DNA from: an uncultured Candidatus Saccharibacteria bacterium | GTDB lineage: Bacteria > Patescibacteriota > Minisyncoccia > Phycocordibacterales > G965230995 | Reading direction: 5' to 3' | Length of the DNA: 64,000 nt | NCBI GenBank assembly: GCA_965230995.1 | Contig: OZ246398.1 | Coordinates: 144,227-208,226 of the forward strand | Shown: one piece after another, positions 1 to 8,910 of the stretch | How positions within the stretch are numbered: position 1 is the first letter of the stretch | How the letters are laid out: every line of letters begins with the position of its first letter | Notes under the pieces: model-generated | Database searches by the model: none | What the model was told of the DNA's origin: nothing | What the model saw: the letters and a program-made list of their open reading frames with translations, nothing else | Program-made: the position numbers and the translations under genes

Positions 1-201
1 AAAGTCCCATGGAAAACTCCGTAAGTCCGACCAGACACTTTGTCCTGGTCTGAACCCTGTGTTTTCCAGAACTTTCCTGGCTCTTTCCTTGATTTCGTTC
101 TTGCTCATCGAACCTGCCCCTGTTGGGTTGTGAAGTGAAGACACAGAATTTACATCTTCTGTTCCTTATATATTATAACATATAATTGCAATAATAGCAA
201 T

Positions 202-1068
202 TTACAACTCATACTTCCCCACCAAACCCTTGGGGCGGTAGAGCATAAATAGAATAAGCAAAACTCCGTATGTAAACTGACGCATTTGGGCAGCGATGTC
301 GGATGGAAAGCCGACAAAACGTAAAATCTCTGGAAGCAAAATCATAAACAAAGCACCGACAAACGCCCCTTCATGGTTAGCAAGCCCACCAACAATAATT
401 AAAGCCAAAATAAATATCGATTCGCCAAGGGCAAAAGATGAAGGATCTATGTATGTGATATATGTTGCATAGAGTGCCCCCGCAACAGATGCCATCATTG
501 CGCTTATGACAAAAATCGCCAACTTGTAAATAACAGTATTGTAACCAAAGACTCTTATGGCTTCTTCGTCTTCGCGGATAGCACGGAGAACCCTACCGAA
601 TGGTGATGTGGTTATAAAATTTGAAACAAACCAAACTACGGCGAGAAAAATCGCACATAAAATTAGAAAAGCGATATTAGAAGAAAATTCAAAACCAAAC
701 ATTTCTGGTCTGCCGATAGCTGGTATTCCAAGAGGTCCTCTCGTCACATCCTGCCAATTCAAAAATATACTGAAAACAATAGTCGCAAAACCCATTGAAA
801 CTAAAGCGTAAAAATCATCTCTGAATCGTGAGAGAACTATACCAAATAGAAATGCGAGCACTGCAGTCAAAACAATGGCAAGCATCACTGCTGGAAAAAA
901 CCCAACGCCGTAACCAACAAGCAATATCGCGACAACATACGCACCAATACCATAAAAAGCCGCATGTGCAACAGAAAGAAGCCCAGTAAAACCGACAACA
1001 AGATCAAGCGATAGCCCAAGTATCCCGTATATGCCGACTAATATTCCAATGTGAACTAAATATTCCAT
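202..1068 (-). CDS. livM: branched-chain amino acid ABC transporter permease (LivM-like)
   Basis: 288 aa polytopic protein; LivM-type permease motifs; immediately downstream of a LivH-like gene in the same orientation. Confidence 0.8.
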   Translation of the reverse strand: MEYLVHIGILVGIYGILGLSLDLVVGFTGLLSVAHAAFYGIGAYVVAILLVGYGVGFFPAVMLAIVLTAVLAFLFGIVLSRFRDDFYALVSMGFATIVFSIFLNWQDVTRGPLGIPAIGRPEMFGFEFSSNIAFLILCAIFLAVVWFVSNFITTSPFGRVLRAIREDEEAIRVFGYNTVIYKLAIFVISAMMASVAGALYATYITYIDPSSFALGESIFILALIIVGGLANHEGAFVGALFMILLPEILRFVGFPSDIAAQMRQFTYGVLLILFMLYRPKGLVGKYEL

Positions 1069-1070
1069 TT

Positions 1071-1931
1071 CTATTTTTTAAATAATCCTTGTGGACGCAC
1101 CAATAGAAAGATAATGAGCAAACCGAAAGCAATAGCGTCTTTCCATTCGCCAGATATTTTCCAAATACCAAAGTTTTCAACAAAGCCAAGGATCAAACCC
1201 CCAGCTACCGCACCATATACATTACCAATACCACCAATTATTGAAGCGATAACACCTTTCATCAAAAGCGAAAGGCCCATTGTTGGTTCAAGTCCAACAT
1301 CATAACCAATGAGAACACCCGCAAGGCCTGCTATTGCTGAACCGATAAAGAAAACTTGTCTAATAATTTTTTTTGTATTGATACCAACAATTGTAGAAAC
1401 TTCTTCATCGTCCCCTATCGCTCTCACTGCTTTTCCAAACATTGTGAATTTAAGAAGAAGCACGAGAAAAATAGTAATGAGCAAAACCGAAAGCATAACC
1501 ATCAATTGCACGTCGGTAAAAACAGCACCAAATATTTCAAATACTCGTGATTGCCCAACAGAGAGCGTCTGAAATTGGCTTGTAAATATCATCGCTATTA
1601 CTGCTTGCATTGCCGTGAAAGCGCCCAGAGAAGCAATAAGAAGCACCATACCAGAGGCTTTTTTCTTTCTAAGGGGCGCATAGATAAAACGATCCAAAAG
1701 ATATCCTAAAAGTCCTGCGCCAAGAATAGAAATAACCACAGCAAACCAAGTCGGGCTCGCAGTTGCTTTGAGAACATAGAGCATAATATATCCGCCAGCC
1801 ACTGCTACTGTGCCGTGCGCAAGATTAAAAAATCTTGTCGTGCCATAAATGAGATTGAAGCCAAGAGCAAGAAGAGCGTAAATAGAACCCGCTATCAAAC
1901 TGTTTGCTACAAGCTGAGGAAATATTCCCAT
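1071..1931 (-). CDS. livH: branched-chain amino acid ABC transporter permease (LivH-like)
   Basis: 286 aa multi-TM protein with LivH-like conserved blocks; 3-nt gap to livM. Confidence 0.8.
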   Translation of the reverse strand: MGIFPQLVANSLIAGSIYALLALGFNLIYGTTRFFNLAHGTVAVAGGYIMLYVLKATASPTWFAVVISILGAGLLGYLLDRFIYAPLRKKKASGMVLLIASLGAFTAMQAVIAMIFTSQFQTLSVGQSRVFEIFGAVFTDVQLMVMLSVLLITIFLVLLLKFTMFGKAVRAIGDDEEVSTIVGINTKKIIRQVFFIGSAIAGLAGVLIGYDVGLEPTMGLSLLMKGVIASIIGGIGNVYGAVAGGLILGFVENFGIWKISGEWKDAIAFGLLIIFLLVRPQGLFKK

Positions 1932-2064
1932 AGTGATTAAGTATATAGCAATAGCGAGAAAGGATAAAGGAAAATAGCATTAGAAACTATCTTGATAAGA
2001 GATTAATTATCAATTTATTTGTTCTATAACCAACTGACAATATAACATCGAGATTGTAATACTC

Positions 2065-2261
2065 TACATGCATGTCTTGTCATCTTTATCAGTTGTTGCA
2101 TTTTTTGCACATACTGAATCAGCATCTAATTCTCTATCTTTTAGAACATTCCTTATGTGTTTTGTGACAACGGAACGCTCAATTTGAAATAAATCGGCAA
2201 TTTGCTCCTGCATAGCCCAAATCGTGTCGTGCTTTAGATCCCCTTTAAATTCAATCGTACC
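2065..2261 (-). pseudogene. N-terminal fragment of a RhuM-family (virulence RhuM-like) gene, truncated
   Basis: minus-strand translation GDLKHDTIWAMQEQIADLFQIERSVVTKHIRNVLKDRELDADSVCAKNATTDKDDKTCM then stop; resembles the conserved N-terminal block of RhuM-family proteins but is only about 65 codons. Confidence 0.35.
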
Positions 2262-2280
2262 TTACAAGAATTTGATTTTA

Positions 2281-2835
2281 TTAATCAAAGAAATAGGCAA
2301 CAGAATAAAATACAGTAATAGCGATAGGAACAATACTTAGAGTTTTTAGTACCTTTATATATGCAGTGCTTTTTATCTTTAAAAACAAGGCAATTACACT
2401 AAACAAAAGAGAAATAATTGAATAAGAACAAATTAAAACTAAAATGAAAAACAAAACAAACACGGTCGTATTATTATAATTTTCATACATATAAGCGAGG
2501 GTCTGGAATATGGCAAGAGTGCTAAACATTGATATATATGCAAAAAATAAAACACCCAAAGACTTGAATTGCAACACTAACAAACCATCAGTATCCGCAA
2601 TTCTCGTCTTATTTTTAAATATAAAATACAAACCAACTGAAAAAAGGACCAAAAAAATAATCAGAGGCAGCAAAAATGTATTCAGTATTGCAAATGGAGG
2701 TAAACTTGAAAGATATTTTAATTCCTTTGGTAAAGAAATAAATAAACTAAATGACAACAGAAAACTAAAGACTACACTTATCCAACCATAGATTATGTTT
2801 TTCATAAGTGAACTATAACATAATATTCTAATCAT
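2281..2835 (-). CDS. hypothetical polytopic membrane protein
   Basis: 184 aa, 5-6 hydrophobic helices; terminator hairpin immediately downstream. Confidence 0.5.
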   Translation of the reverse strand: MIRILCYSSLMKNIIYGWISVVFSFLLSFSLFISLPKELKYLSSLPPFAILNTFLLPLIIFLVLFSVGLYFIFKNKTRIADTDGLLVLQFKSLGVLFFAYISMFSTLAIFQTLAYMYENYNNTTVFVLFFILVLICSYSIISLLFSVIALFLKIKSTAYIKVLKTLSIVPIAITVFYSVAYFFD

Positions 2836-2837
2836 AA

Positions 2838-2868
2838 AAAAACCGCCCTTACGGGCGGTTTTTTGGTG
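2838..2868. terminator. bidirectional rho-independent terminator
   Basis: aaaaaaaccgccctt acgg gcggttttttgg: GC stem flanked by A and T runs. Confidence 0.6.
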
Positions 2869-2887
2869 GTTTGCTCCTTATTTGCCT

Positions 2888-3604
2888 TTATTTTGCCACT
2901 GATCCTCCTTCTATACTTTTTGCTAATTCATTAAATTCAGCAAACAGTTTAGATATTTTTTCATTATCTGGATTATCTAACCTAAGTTCTTGCATTATTT
3001 TTAATGATAATTCTTGTAATTTATCAGTTTTTGTTTTAATTTCTTGCTGTTTAATTTGTCCTTCAACTGCATTGTTAGCCTTATCTATAGCGTCAGAAAA
3101 GGCTTCGTCGGATTTAATAGCGATTTCATTCATCTTATTACCCGCTTCAAGTAATATTTGCATATATTCTTCTAATGTTATGCTTTCTTGTTCTTTCTCC
3201 TCTAAATTCACTCCGGATGTTTCTGGTTTTGGTTGTTCAGGAGCTTTCGCCGTTGACTCTGGCGTCTTTTGAGTATTTTTTTCCTCCGTTTTTGCAATCT
3301 TATTTTGGCTAATATCCTTTAATGCCTCTACTCCATCCTTAAATTCAGCCACTTTTTGTTCTCTTGTTTTTTCTGGAGCTCTTTCTGTTTGTTTTTTTGC
3401 TTCTGCATCTTTCAAAATCTGAACAAAACCTTTTACATCATTAATTGCGGGTTCTCGGTCTTTTTCTTTTGCTTCTGTGTCTTGGTTCATAATAAAAGCT
3501 GCCGAAAGAGCGAGGAGAGCTCTAACAACAGGCCTTCTTAAATTTTCAAAAACATTTCTTTTTGCTTCAGTATTTTCAACAGGTTTTCTTGGAATTTCAA
3601 ACAT
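2888..3604 (-). CDS. hypothetical K/E-rich helical protein with N-terminal hydrophobic segment
   Basis: 238 aa; first gene (3' end) of a 4-gene minus-strand operon of unknown proteins. Confidence 0.55.
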   Translation of the reverse strand: MFEIPRKPVENTEAKRNVFENLRRPVVRALLALSAAFIMNQDTEAKEKDREPAINDVKGFVQILKDAEAKKQTERAPEKTREQKVAEFKDGVEALKDISQNKIAKTEEKNTQKTPESTAKAPEQPKPETSGVNLEEKEQESITLEEYMQILLEAGNKMNEIAIKSDEAFSDAIDKANNAVEGQIKQQEIKTKTDKLQELSLKIMQELRLDNPDNEKISKLFAEFNELAKSIEGGSVAK

Positions 3605-3608
3605 AAAA

Positions 3609-3878
3609 TTATTTTTTTATCATATCTTTAATAACTGATAATCTGTCATCGGCTGTCATAATTCTGCCATTAGCCTTGTTTTCCGCCTCAAATTTTAAAT
3701 AGTTAGTCAAAAGAGAAATGTCTTCATAACTTCCAGCGAGGCCGTTTTTTATATCTTCTAATAGTAAGTCATTTATTTCTTTTGAAAGAAATTCTTGCCA
3801 GATTGCTCTATCTGTTTCTGGGATTTTTTGATTGATAAGACTAGTAATTTCTGCTTTTAGGTCTTGTGTATTAGACAT
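3609..3878 (-). CDS. hypothetical protein
   Basis: 89 aa ORF, 4-nt spacing to neighbours, same operon. Confidence 0.5.
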   Translation of the reverse strand: MSNTQDLKAEITSLINQKIPETDRAIWQEFLSKEINDLLLEDIKNGLAGSYEDISLLTNYLKFEAENKANGRIMTADDRLSVIKDMIKK

Positions 3879-3897
3879 TGGTATATTATACCACTTT

Positions 3898-4194
3898 TTA
3901 GTTTTGTTTTAATCGAAGTCTAGCCGAGGCGATTGCCAGTTCTTCTTCTACTCTTCTTTCGGAATTTTCTATTTCCTTTAATTTGGCTAAAAGCTCGTCC
4001 ATTAAAGCTATTTTTTCCTCATCAACAACATTTTGTAATTGAACAGAAATGAAAGCCAATTCGGTATAAAAAGCACCTTTTTCTTGTTCGGATAATTCTT
4101 CGACTGCTATATCAGAAATAATTCTCTGAGCTTCTTCATATTCACCCAAATCAAGCAAATTTTTTATCTCTTCAAATTTATTTGTGTCGGTCAT
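3898..4194 (-). CDS. hypothetical helical protein
   Basis: 98 aa, acidic, coiled-coil-like; same operon. Confidence 0.5.
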   Translation of the reverse strand: MTDTNKFEEIKNLLDLGEYEEAQRIISDIAVEELSEQEKGAFYTELAFISVQLQNVVDEEKIALMDELLAKLKEIENSERRVEEELAIASARLRLKQN

Positions 4195-4198
4195 AGAT

Positions 4199-5458
4199 TT
4201 ATTTGAATTTGTTTAATCTATTAGAAGCTAAAAATTGTCCTATAAGGAGCTTGTTTGCGCCAGATATTCTTTTATCAGCCAAAGTTTTTCTCAGTATTTT
4301 TTCCAAAGCCTCTCGTGCACGATCTCCCTTTTCTGTGCCAATTACAGCATTTTCTGCTAAATACACTGATAATTCCTCCTGTATCTTTCCAATATTAGTT
4401 GTGCTTGTACCAATCTTTTCTACAACCGCACCAATTATGAGCTTGCTTGCTTTTTCGTTTATTTCATTTTTCAAAGCCTCTGCGTCAACGCCAAAATAAC
4501 CAGAGCCTTCCTCTGCTATGTTTTCTACTATTTTAGTTGCATTTGCCAAATCTTCTGGTTTTTTTGAACCTGCAATTAATTCTGAGACTTTTTCTCTAAT
4601 TGCCTTAGAAACCATATTAGAAACAGCGACCTCACCTGCAAAACCCGCTACAGCTTCCCTTTTAGCCTGTTTATAGATATCTCTCTGAGTTAATCTCTCG
4701 GCTTCGAGTCCTTGTATGCTTCTTATTCCTTCGACTTTCTTTTTTGTCTCTGCAATCTTTGCGTCTAGATCACCACGTTTTAGTCTGACACCCATTTCTT
4801 TTGCCTGAGCTCGAGCTTTTCTCTTTTCACCAAACAAAGTAAGTCTTCCTGCTCCGGTCCAGAAATTGAGGCTCTCTCTTGCTTTTTCTAGTATCTCTGC
4901 TTTCTTTTCGCCATCCTGTTTCTCGGCATCTATATCATCAGATATTCCCAATTCTGCTTTTTTGTCGGCAATCAATTTTTCACGAAGCAACATATCGGCT
5001 TTGTTGGTCGTCATCTTTTGGTATTCTGCAAGCATTTGCAACACTCTCTCTGGATTAGAATAGGCAAGACTAGTTATATATGTGTCTACTGAAGGCGACA
5101 CATCTGTGCTAGTAGGACCTGCTTTTTCTTGCATTTCACCCAAAACAAAAAATTTTACATTTTCTGCTAGCTCTTTTGTTTGTTTGAATAATTCAAAAAA
5201 TCTGTTTGTTTCTCTTATATCTTCAGCATCAAAATTGGTATCTGGGTTTGCTTGCAAAAAATCTGAAAAACCATCTGTATTAATTGCTGTATCGAATGTT
5301 TGTCTCTCTTCGTCTGATATTAATTCCAAAGCATTTCCAGTCTTATCTGGTACCGGCACAGACTCAGCCGGTGGAACTTGGTTTTGAATATGTTCTGGTC
5401 CAGTATCACCTTCATTTGGCACTCCATATGGAAATTCTTTTAGTGGTCCTTCACCCAT
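4199..5458 (-). CDS. hypothetical protein, no TM, predicted helical
   Basis: 419 aa ORF; first gene of operon; no recognisable catalytic motifs. Confidence 0.55.
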   Translation of the reverse strand: MGEGPLKEFPYGVPNEGDTGPEHIQNQVPPAESVPVPDKTGNALELISDEERQTFDTAINTDGFSDFLQANPDTNFDAEDIRETNRFFELFKQTKELAENVKFFVLGEMQEKAGPTSTDVSPSVDTYITSLAYSNPERVLQMLAEYQKMTTNKADMLLREKLIADKKAELGISDDIDAEKQDGEKKAEILEKARESLNFWTGAGRLTLFGEKRKARAQAKEMGVRLKRGDLDAKIAETKKKVEGIRSIQGLEAERLTQRDIYKQAKREAVAGFAGEVAVSNMVSKAIREKVSELIAGSKKPEDLANATKIVENIAEEGSGYFGVDAEALKNEINEKASKLIIGAVVEKIGTSTTNIGKIQEELSVYLAENAVIGTEKGDRAREALEKILRKTLADKRISGANKLLIGQFLASNRLNKFK

Positions 5459-5542
5459 AGTAGTTAATTAATTATATACAGTGAATTATACAGCACGAGA
5501 GAGCTGAAACAAAATTATATAGATAGAAAATATCTTAAAAAA

Positions 5543-6652
5543 TTATTCGAGAGCTTTTATGCCAGGCAAAGTTCCGTTTGCGAGAAAATCGAGCATAGCA
5601 CCGCCTCCGGTTGATATATGATCAAAAGCAGATAGAAGTCCGAGCTCGGCTACCATAGCAACAGTATCACCCCCACCAATTACTGATCTGGAATTTGAAC
5701 TTGCAATTGCTTTTGCAATGATATTTGTTGGTTCTTTAAAGCCTTTTTCGTAAAATCCTAGCGGACCGTTCCATAGGATAAAATCTGCTTTTGAAATTCT
5801 TTCAACCAAATCTTTGATAGTTTTTGTACCAGCATCAAAAATCGTGTCGTTTTTTTGTATATCCTGAACAAGTTTTTCGCATACTTCGTCGTTATTTTGA
5901 ACAACAACGTCAACAGGGATTACAAATTCTCCAAAATCTTTTTTCGGAAGAGAAAACTTGCCTTTATCATAGCTTGATTTGCCTATTTCGATATCTCTGC
6001 TTTTGAAAACAGTGTTTGCGAGAGCACCACCGATGAAAATATCTTTGTATATTGGTGCAAATTTTTCTACCAAAGGCATTTTTGTATCGAATTTTGCACC
6101 ACCTAATATAAAGAGAGAATTCTCACCCGGTTTAAATGCTCGAGACAGTTCTCGTAGCTCAGATTCAAAAACTAGCCCAATGTAACCAGGTAAATATTTT
6201 GGTACACCTACAATAGAAGCGTGTTCTCTATGTGAAGAAGAAAATGCTTCGTTTACATAAATATCCGCTAGAGAAGCCAATTTTTTAGCAAAAGAATCTG
6301 AATTGGCTTTTTCGCCTTTGTTGTCTCTCAAATTTGATAACAAAACTATTCCTGACGGACTGTCGTCTAATTTCTTTAATACATCCTCTTTTTCGTATGA
6401 TTCGCAATATGAAATTGGCATAGATTGCATTACCCTTTCAGCGACAATACGGAAATCAGAATTTTCTTCATTTTCAAAATGAGAAACAATTATTATTTTT
6501 GCTCCCTTTGAATGTAATTCTCTGATTGTTGGTAATGTTTTTACAATTCGAAAGTCATCGGTGACCTTACCCCCCGAAACAGGGACATTAAAATCCACCC
6601 TGAGAAGAACTGTTTTTCCGGAAATATCGTTTAGATCATTGATGGTTTTCAT
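5543..6652 (-). CDS. pgk: phosphoglycerate kinase
   Basis: 369 aa; N-terminal LLRVDFNVP and overall PGK signature blocks. Confidence 0.9.
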   Translation of the reverse strand: MKTINDLNDISGKTVLLRVDFNVPVSGGKVTDDFRIVKTLPTIRELHSKGAKIIIVSHFENEENSDFRIVAERVMQSMPISYCESYEKEDVLKKLDDSPSGIVLLSNLRDNKGEKANSDSFAKKLASLADIYVNEAFSSSHREHASIVGVPKYLPGYIGLVFESELRELSRAFKPGENSLFILGGAKFDTKMPLVEKFAPIYKDIFIGGALANTVFKSRDIEIGKSSYDKGKFSLPKKDFGEFVIPVDVVVQNNDEVCEKLVQDIQKNDTIFDAGTKTIKDLVERISKADFILWNGPLGFYEKGFKEPTNIIAKAIASSNSRSVIGGGDTVAMVAELGLLSAFDHISTGGGAMLDFLANGTLPGIKALE

Positions 6653-7422
6653 ATACGAGATTCGTTTGCAATTTTTATTATCTCTCCAAAACTATCTGGA
6701 TAAAGACTCTGTCTGCCGACCAAAAATCCGTCGACTTTTCCATTTTCAAGAATATCACCTGCGTTTACCGGCGAAACTGAACCTCCATATAGTATCTTTA
6801 ATTTTTTTACAGATTCTTTTCCGAATGCATCATTAAAAATTCTTTGTATAAAAATAGTCATTTCGTGCATATCAACACCTTTCATAGCTTCAAGCTCGCT
6901 TTTGCCGATTGCCCAAACAGGTTCATAAGCAATGATAATGTTAGAAATATCTTTTTTTGTGACATCTCCAAGACTGTGCCTCAGCTGATCATGAACAAAA
7001 GCCAAATAATTACCGTCCACGTCTCTTTCTTGTTCTCCAATGCACAAAATAACCTTCATTTTGTTATCCAAAACCGCCCTGAGCTTCTTTGCGACATCTT
7101 GTTCTGTTTCGCCCATTGCTCTTCTTTCAGAATGGCCAACAATCACATAATCTGTGCCAATTTCTCGGATCATATCAACTGTTACTTCCCCTGTATGTGC
7201 TCCTGTATTATCAGAAAAAGCATCTTGCGCCCCTATCGCGACTGTTTTTTCCATTTGCATTTTTGATATCTCTTCGATATGTAAATGTGAAGGACACAAA
7301 ACAACATCTACATTTTTATATTTCTTTGAATTTTTGATAATTCCTTTTGCGATGTTTTTTGCTTCTTTAAGAGTAAGTGGATTTGCTTTCCAATTGGCGA
7401 CAATAAGTTTTTGTTTAGACAT
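6649..7422 (-). CDS. tpiA: triosephosphate isomerase
   Basis: LIVANWKAN and VGHSERR motifs; start taken at internal MSKQKL; 4-nt overlap with pgk. Confidence 0.9.
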   Translation of the reverse strand: MSKQKLIVANWKANPLTLKEAKNIAKGIIKNSKKYKNVDVVLCPSHLHIEEISKMQMEKTVAIGAQDAFSDNTGAHTGEVTVDMIREIGTDYVIVGHSERRAMGETEQDVAKKLRAVLDNKMKVILCIGEQERDVDGNYLAFVHDQLRHSLGDVTKKDISNIIIAYEPVWAIGKSELEAMKGVDMHEMTIFIQRIFNDAFGKESVKKLKILYGGSVSPVNAGDILENGKVDGFLVGRQSLYPDSFGEIIKIANESRI

Positions 7423-7483
7423 AATGATAAGTATATGAAAAAAGACACAATGTGTCACCCGTATTTTGTGTTAGAATATTAAA

Positions 7484-7933
7484 ATGAATAGAGCATTCAC
7501 TTTAATTGAAATACTTGTTGTGATAGCAATCATCGCAATCCTTGCTGTGGTTGCAACTGTCGGATTTGCTAATACTCGTATTAATAAAACGATAGATATT
7601 ACGACTAAAAACATACTGTTTTCGCTCGAAGAAGCAAAAAGCAACTCCCTATCCGGAAAAGGCGGAACATCACACGGCATTTATTTTTCATCCAGCTCTT
7701 ACACAGTCTTCAGCGGGACTTCTTATGTAGAAAATAATCCTGACAACAAAATCACGACAATAGATTCTGCAATTGAAATCACAACAACAATTCCAAACGG
7801 CTATGTAATTTTCTCTAGACTAAATGGAAACGTAACAAACACAGGGACAATTACTGTGAGAGAAAAAGCTGACACATCCAATAGCAAAACAATTTCTATC
7901 GGCTCACTTGGTGATATCAATATGGTACAATAG
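7484..7933 (+). CDS. type IV pilus minor pilin (GspH/FimT-like), prepilin-type N-terminal methylation domain
   Basis: N-terminus MNRAFTLIEILVVIAIIAILA = prepilin cleavage/methylation motif. Confidence 0.7.
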   Translation: MNRAFTLIEILVVIAIIAILAVVATVGFANTRINKTIDITTKNILFSLEEAKSNSLSGKGGTSHGIYFSSSSYTVFSGTSYVENNPDNKITTIDSAIEITTTIPNGYVIFSRLNGNVTNTGTITVREKADTSNSKTISIGSLGDINMVQ

Positions 7934-7937
7934 ATAT

Positions 7938-8408
7938 ATGCGATCGAACGGATTTAGTATTATTGAAATAATAATATCCGCATCAATCATTATGGCGACA
8001 GTTGTTGCCACAATGACGGTTTTTGAATCATATCTAAAAATTGCTTTTAAAAGCTCTGAAAAAACATACAGCGCCCTACTTGCCGAAGAAGGAGCTGAAA
8101 TAATACAAGTTCTAAGAGACAACGGTTTCGGACAAAACATAGCACCTCTCGCTGTTTCTACTGCATACTATTTGTATTGGAATGGTACATCATTTGGAGC
8201 AACTACAACTCCGCAAATAATAAACGAGCAGTATCTACGAACAATTCAGTTCGAAAATATTTATCGTGATGCAAACAGCGATATTGCGGAAACAGGCACA
8301 CTCGATGAAAATACAAAGAAAGTTTCAATTACGGTATCCAAAACATCTGCAACAAACACTCCGATATTCTATACAGAAAGCTTAATTCACAATACATATG
8401 AAAATTAA
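7938..8408 (+). CDS. type IV pilus minor pilin (PilV-like)
   Basis: MRSNGFSIIEIIISASIIMA prepilin motif; start moved to internal Met. Confidence 0.65.
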   Translation: MRSNGFSIIEIIISASIIMATVVATMTVFESYLKIAFKSSEKTYSALLAEEGAEIIQVLRDNGFGQNIAPLAVSTAYYLYWNGTSFGATTTPQIINEQYLRTIQFENIYRDANSDIAETGTLDENTKKVSITVSKTSATNTPIFYTESLIHNTYEN

Positions 8409-8910
8409 CACCGAAAAAGGTTTTACAATGGTGGAATTGGTTATGTATATAGCCGGGATGACTGTTCTTTTGATTGCAATCGGTACTTTGATTTATAGTA
8501 TGTATGACTTTTACAAAGACGCAACAATCGGCCCTCGAGTAGACCGCGTTGGCCTTTCTGTGATAGACAGAATAACAAAAGACGTTCGAACCGGTGTTTC
8601 TATTAATACAGAACAAAGCAAATTCGGTGTTCCGACCGGTGCAATATCTCTAAATGCTCAGAACGATACGACACTTCTCACAAAATATTTTGAATTAAAA
8701 GACGGCAGAATTATCTACAATGAAAATGGTTCTGGCGAACAGTTCCTAACCCCCGACGACCTTTCTGTTTCAAATTTTGAAATAACACAAATAAACACAC
8801 CAATTTCTATCGCTCTCAAATACACAATAGGTATTAATTACACAAATGACGGAGAAGAAAAATTAAAAAGCTACAGTGGAGTTGCAATATTAAGACATTC
8901 TTATGAATAA
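8398..8910 (+). CDS. type IV pilus minor pilin (PilW-like)
   Basis: MKINTEKGFTMVELVMYIAG prepilin motif; overlaps previous gene by 11 nt. Confidence 0.65.
   Translation: MKINTEKGFTMVELVMYIAGMTVLLIAIGTLIYSMYDFYKDATIGPRVDRVGLSVIDRITKDVRTGVSINTEQSKFGVPTGAISLNAQNDTTLLTKYFELKDGRIIYNENGSGEQFLTPDDLSVSNFEITQINTPISIALKYTIGINYTNDGEEKLKSYSGVAILRHSYE

Noticed and set aside
1-108. possible minus-strand gene start (MSKNEIKERARKVLENTGF...) running off the 5' edge
   Set aside because: Only 36 codons are visible, with no recognisable family (it does not look like the expected LivG/LivF ATPase) and no RBS, so it is too little to call.
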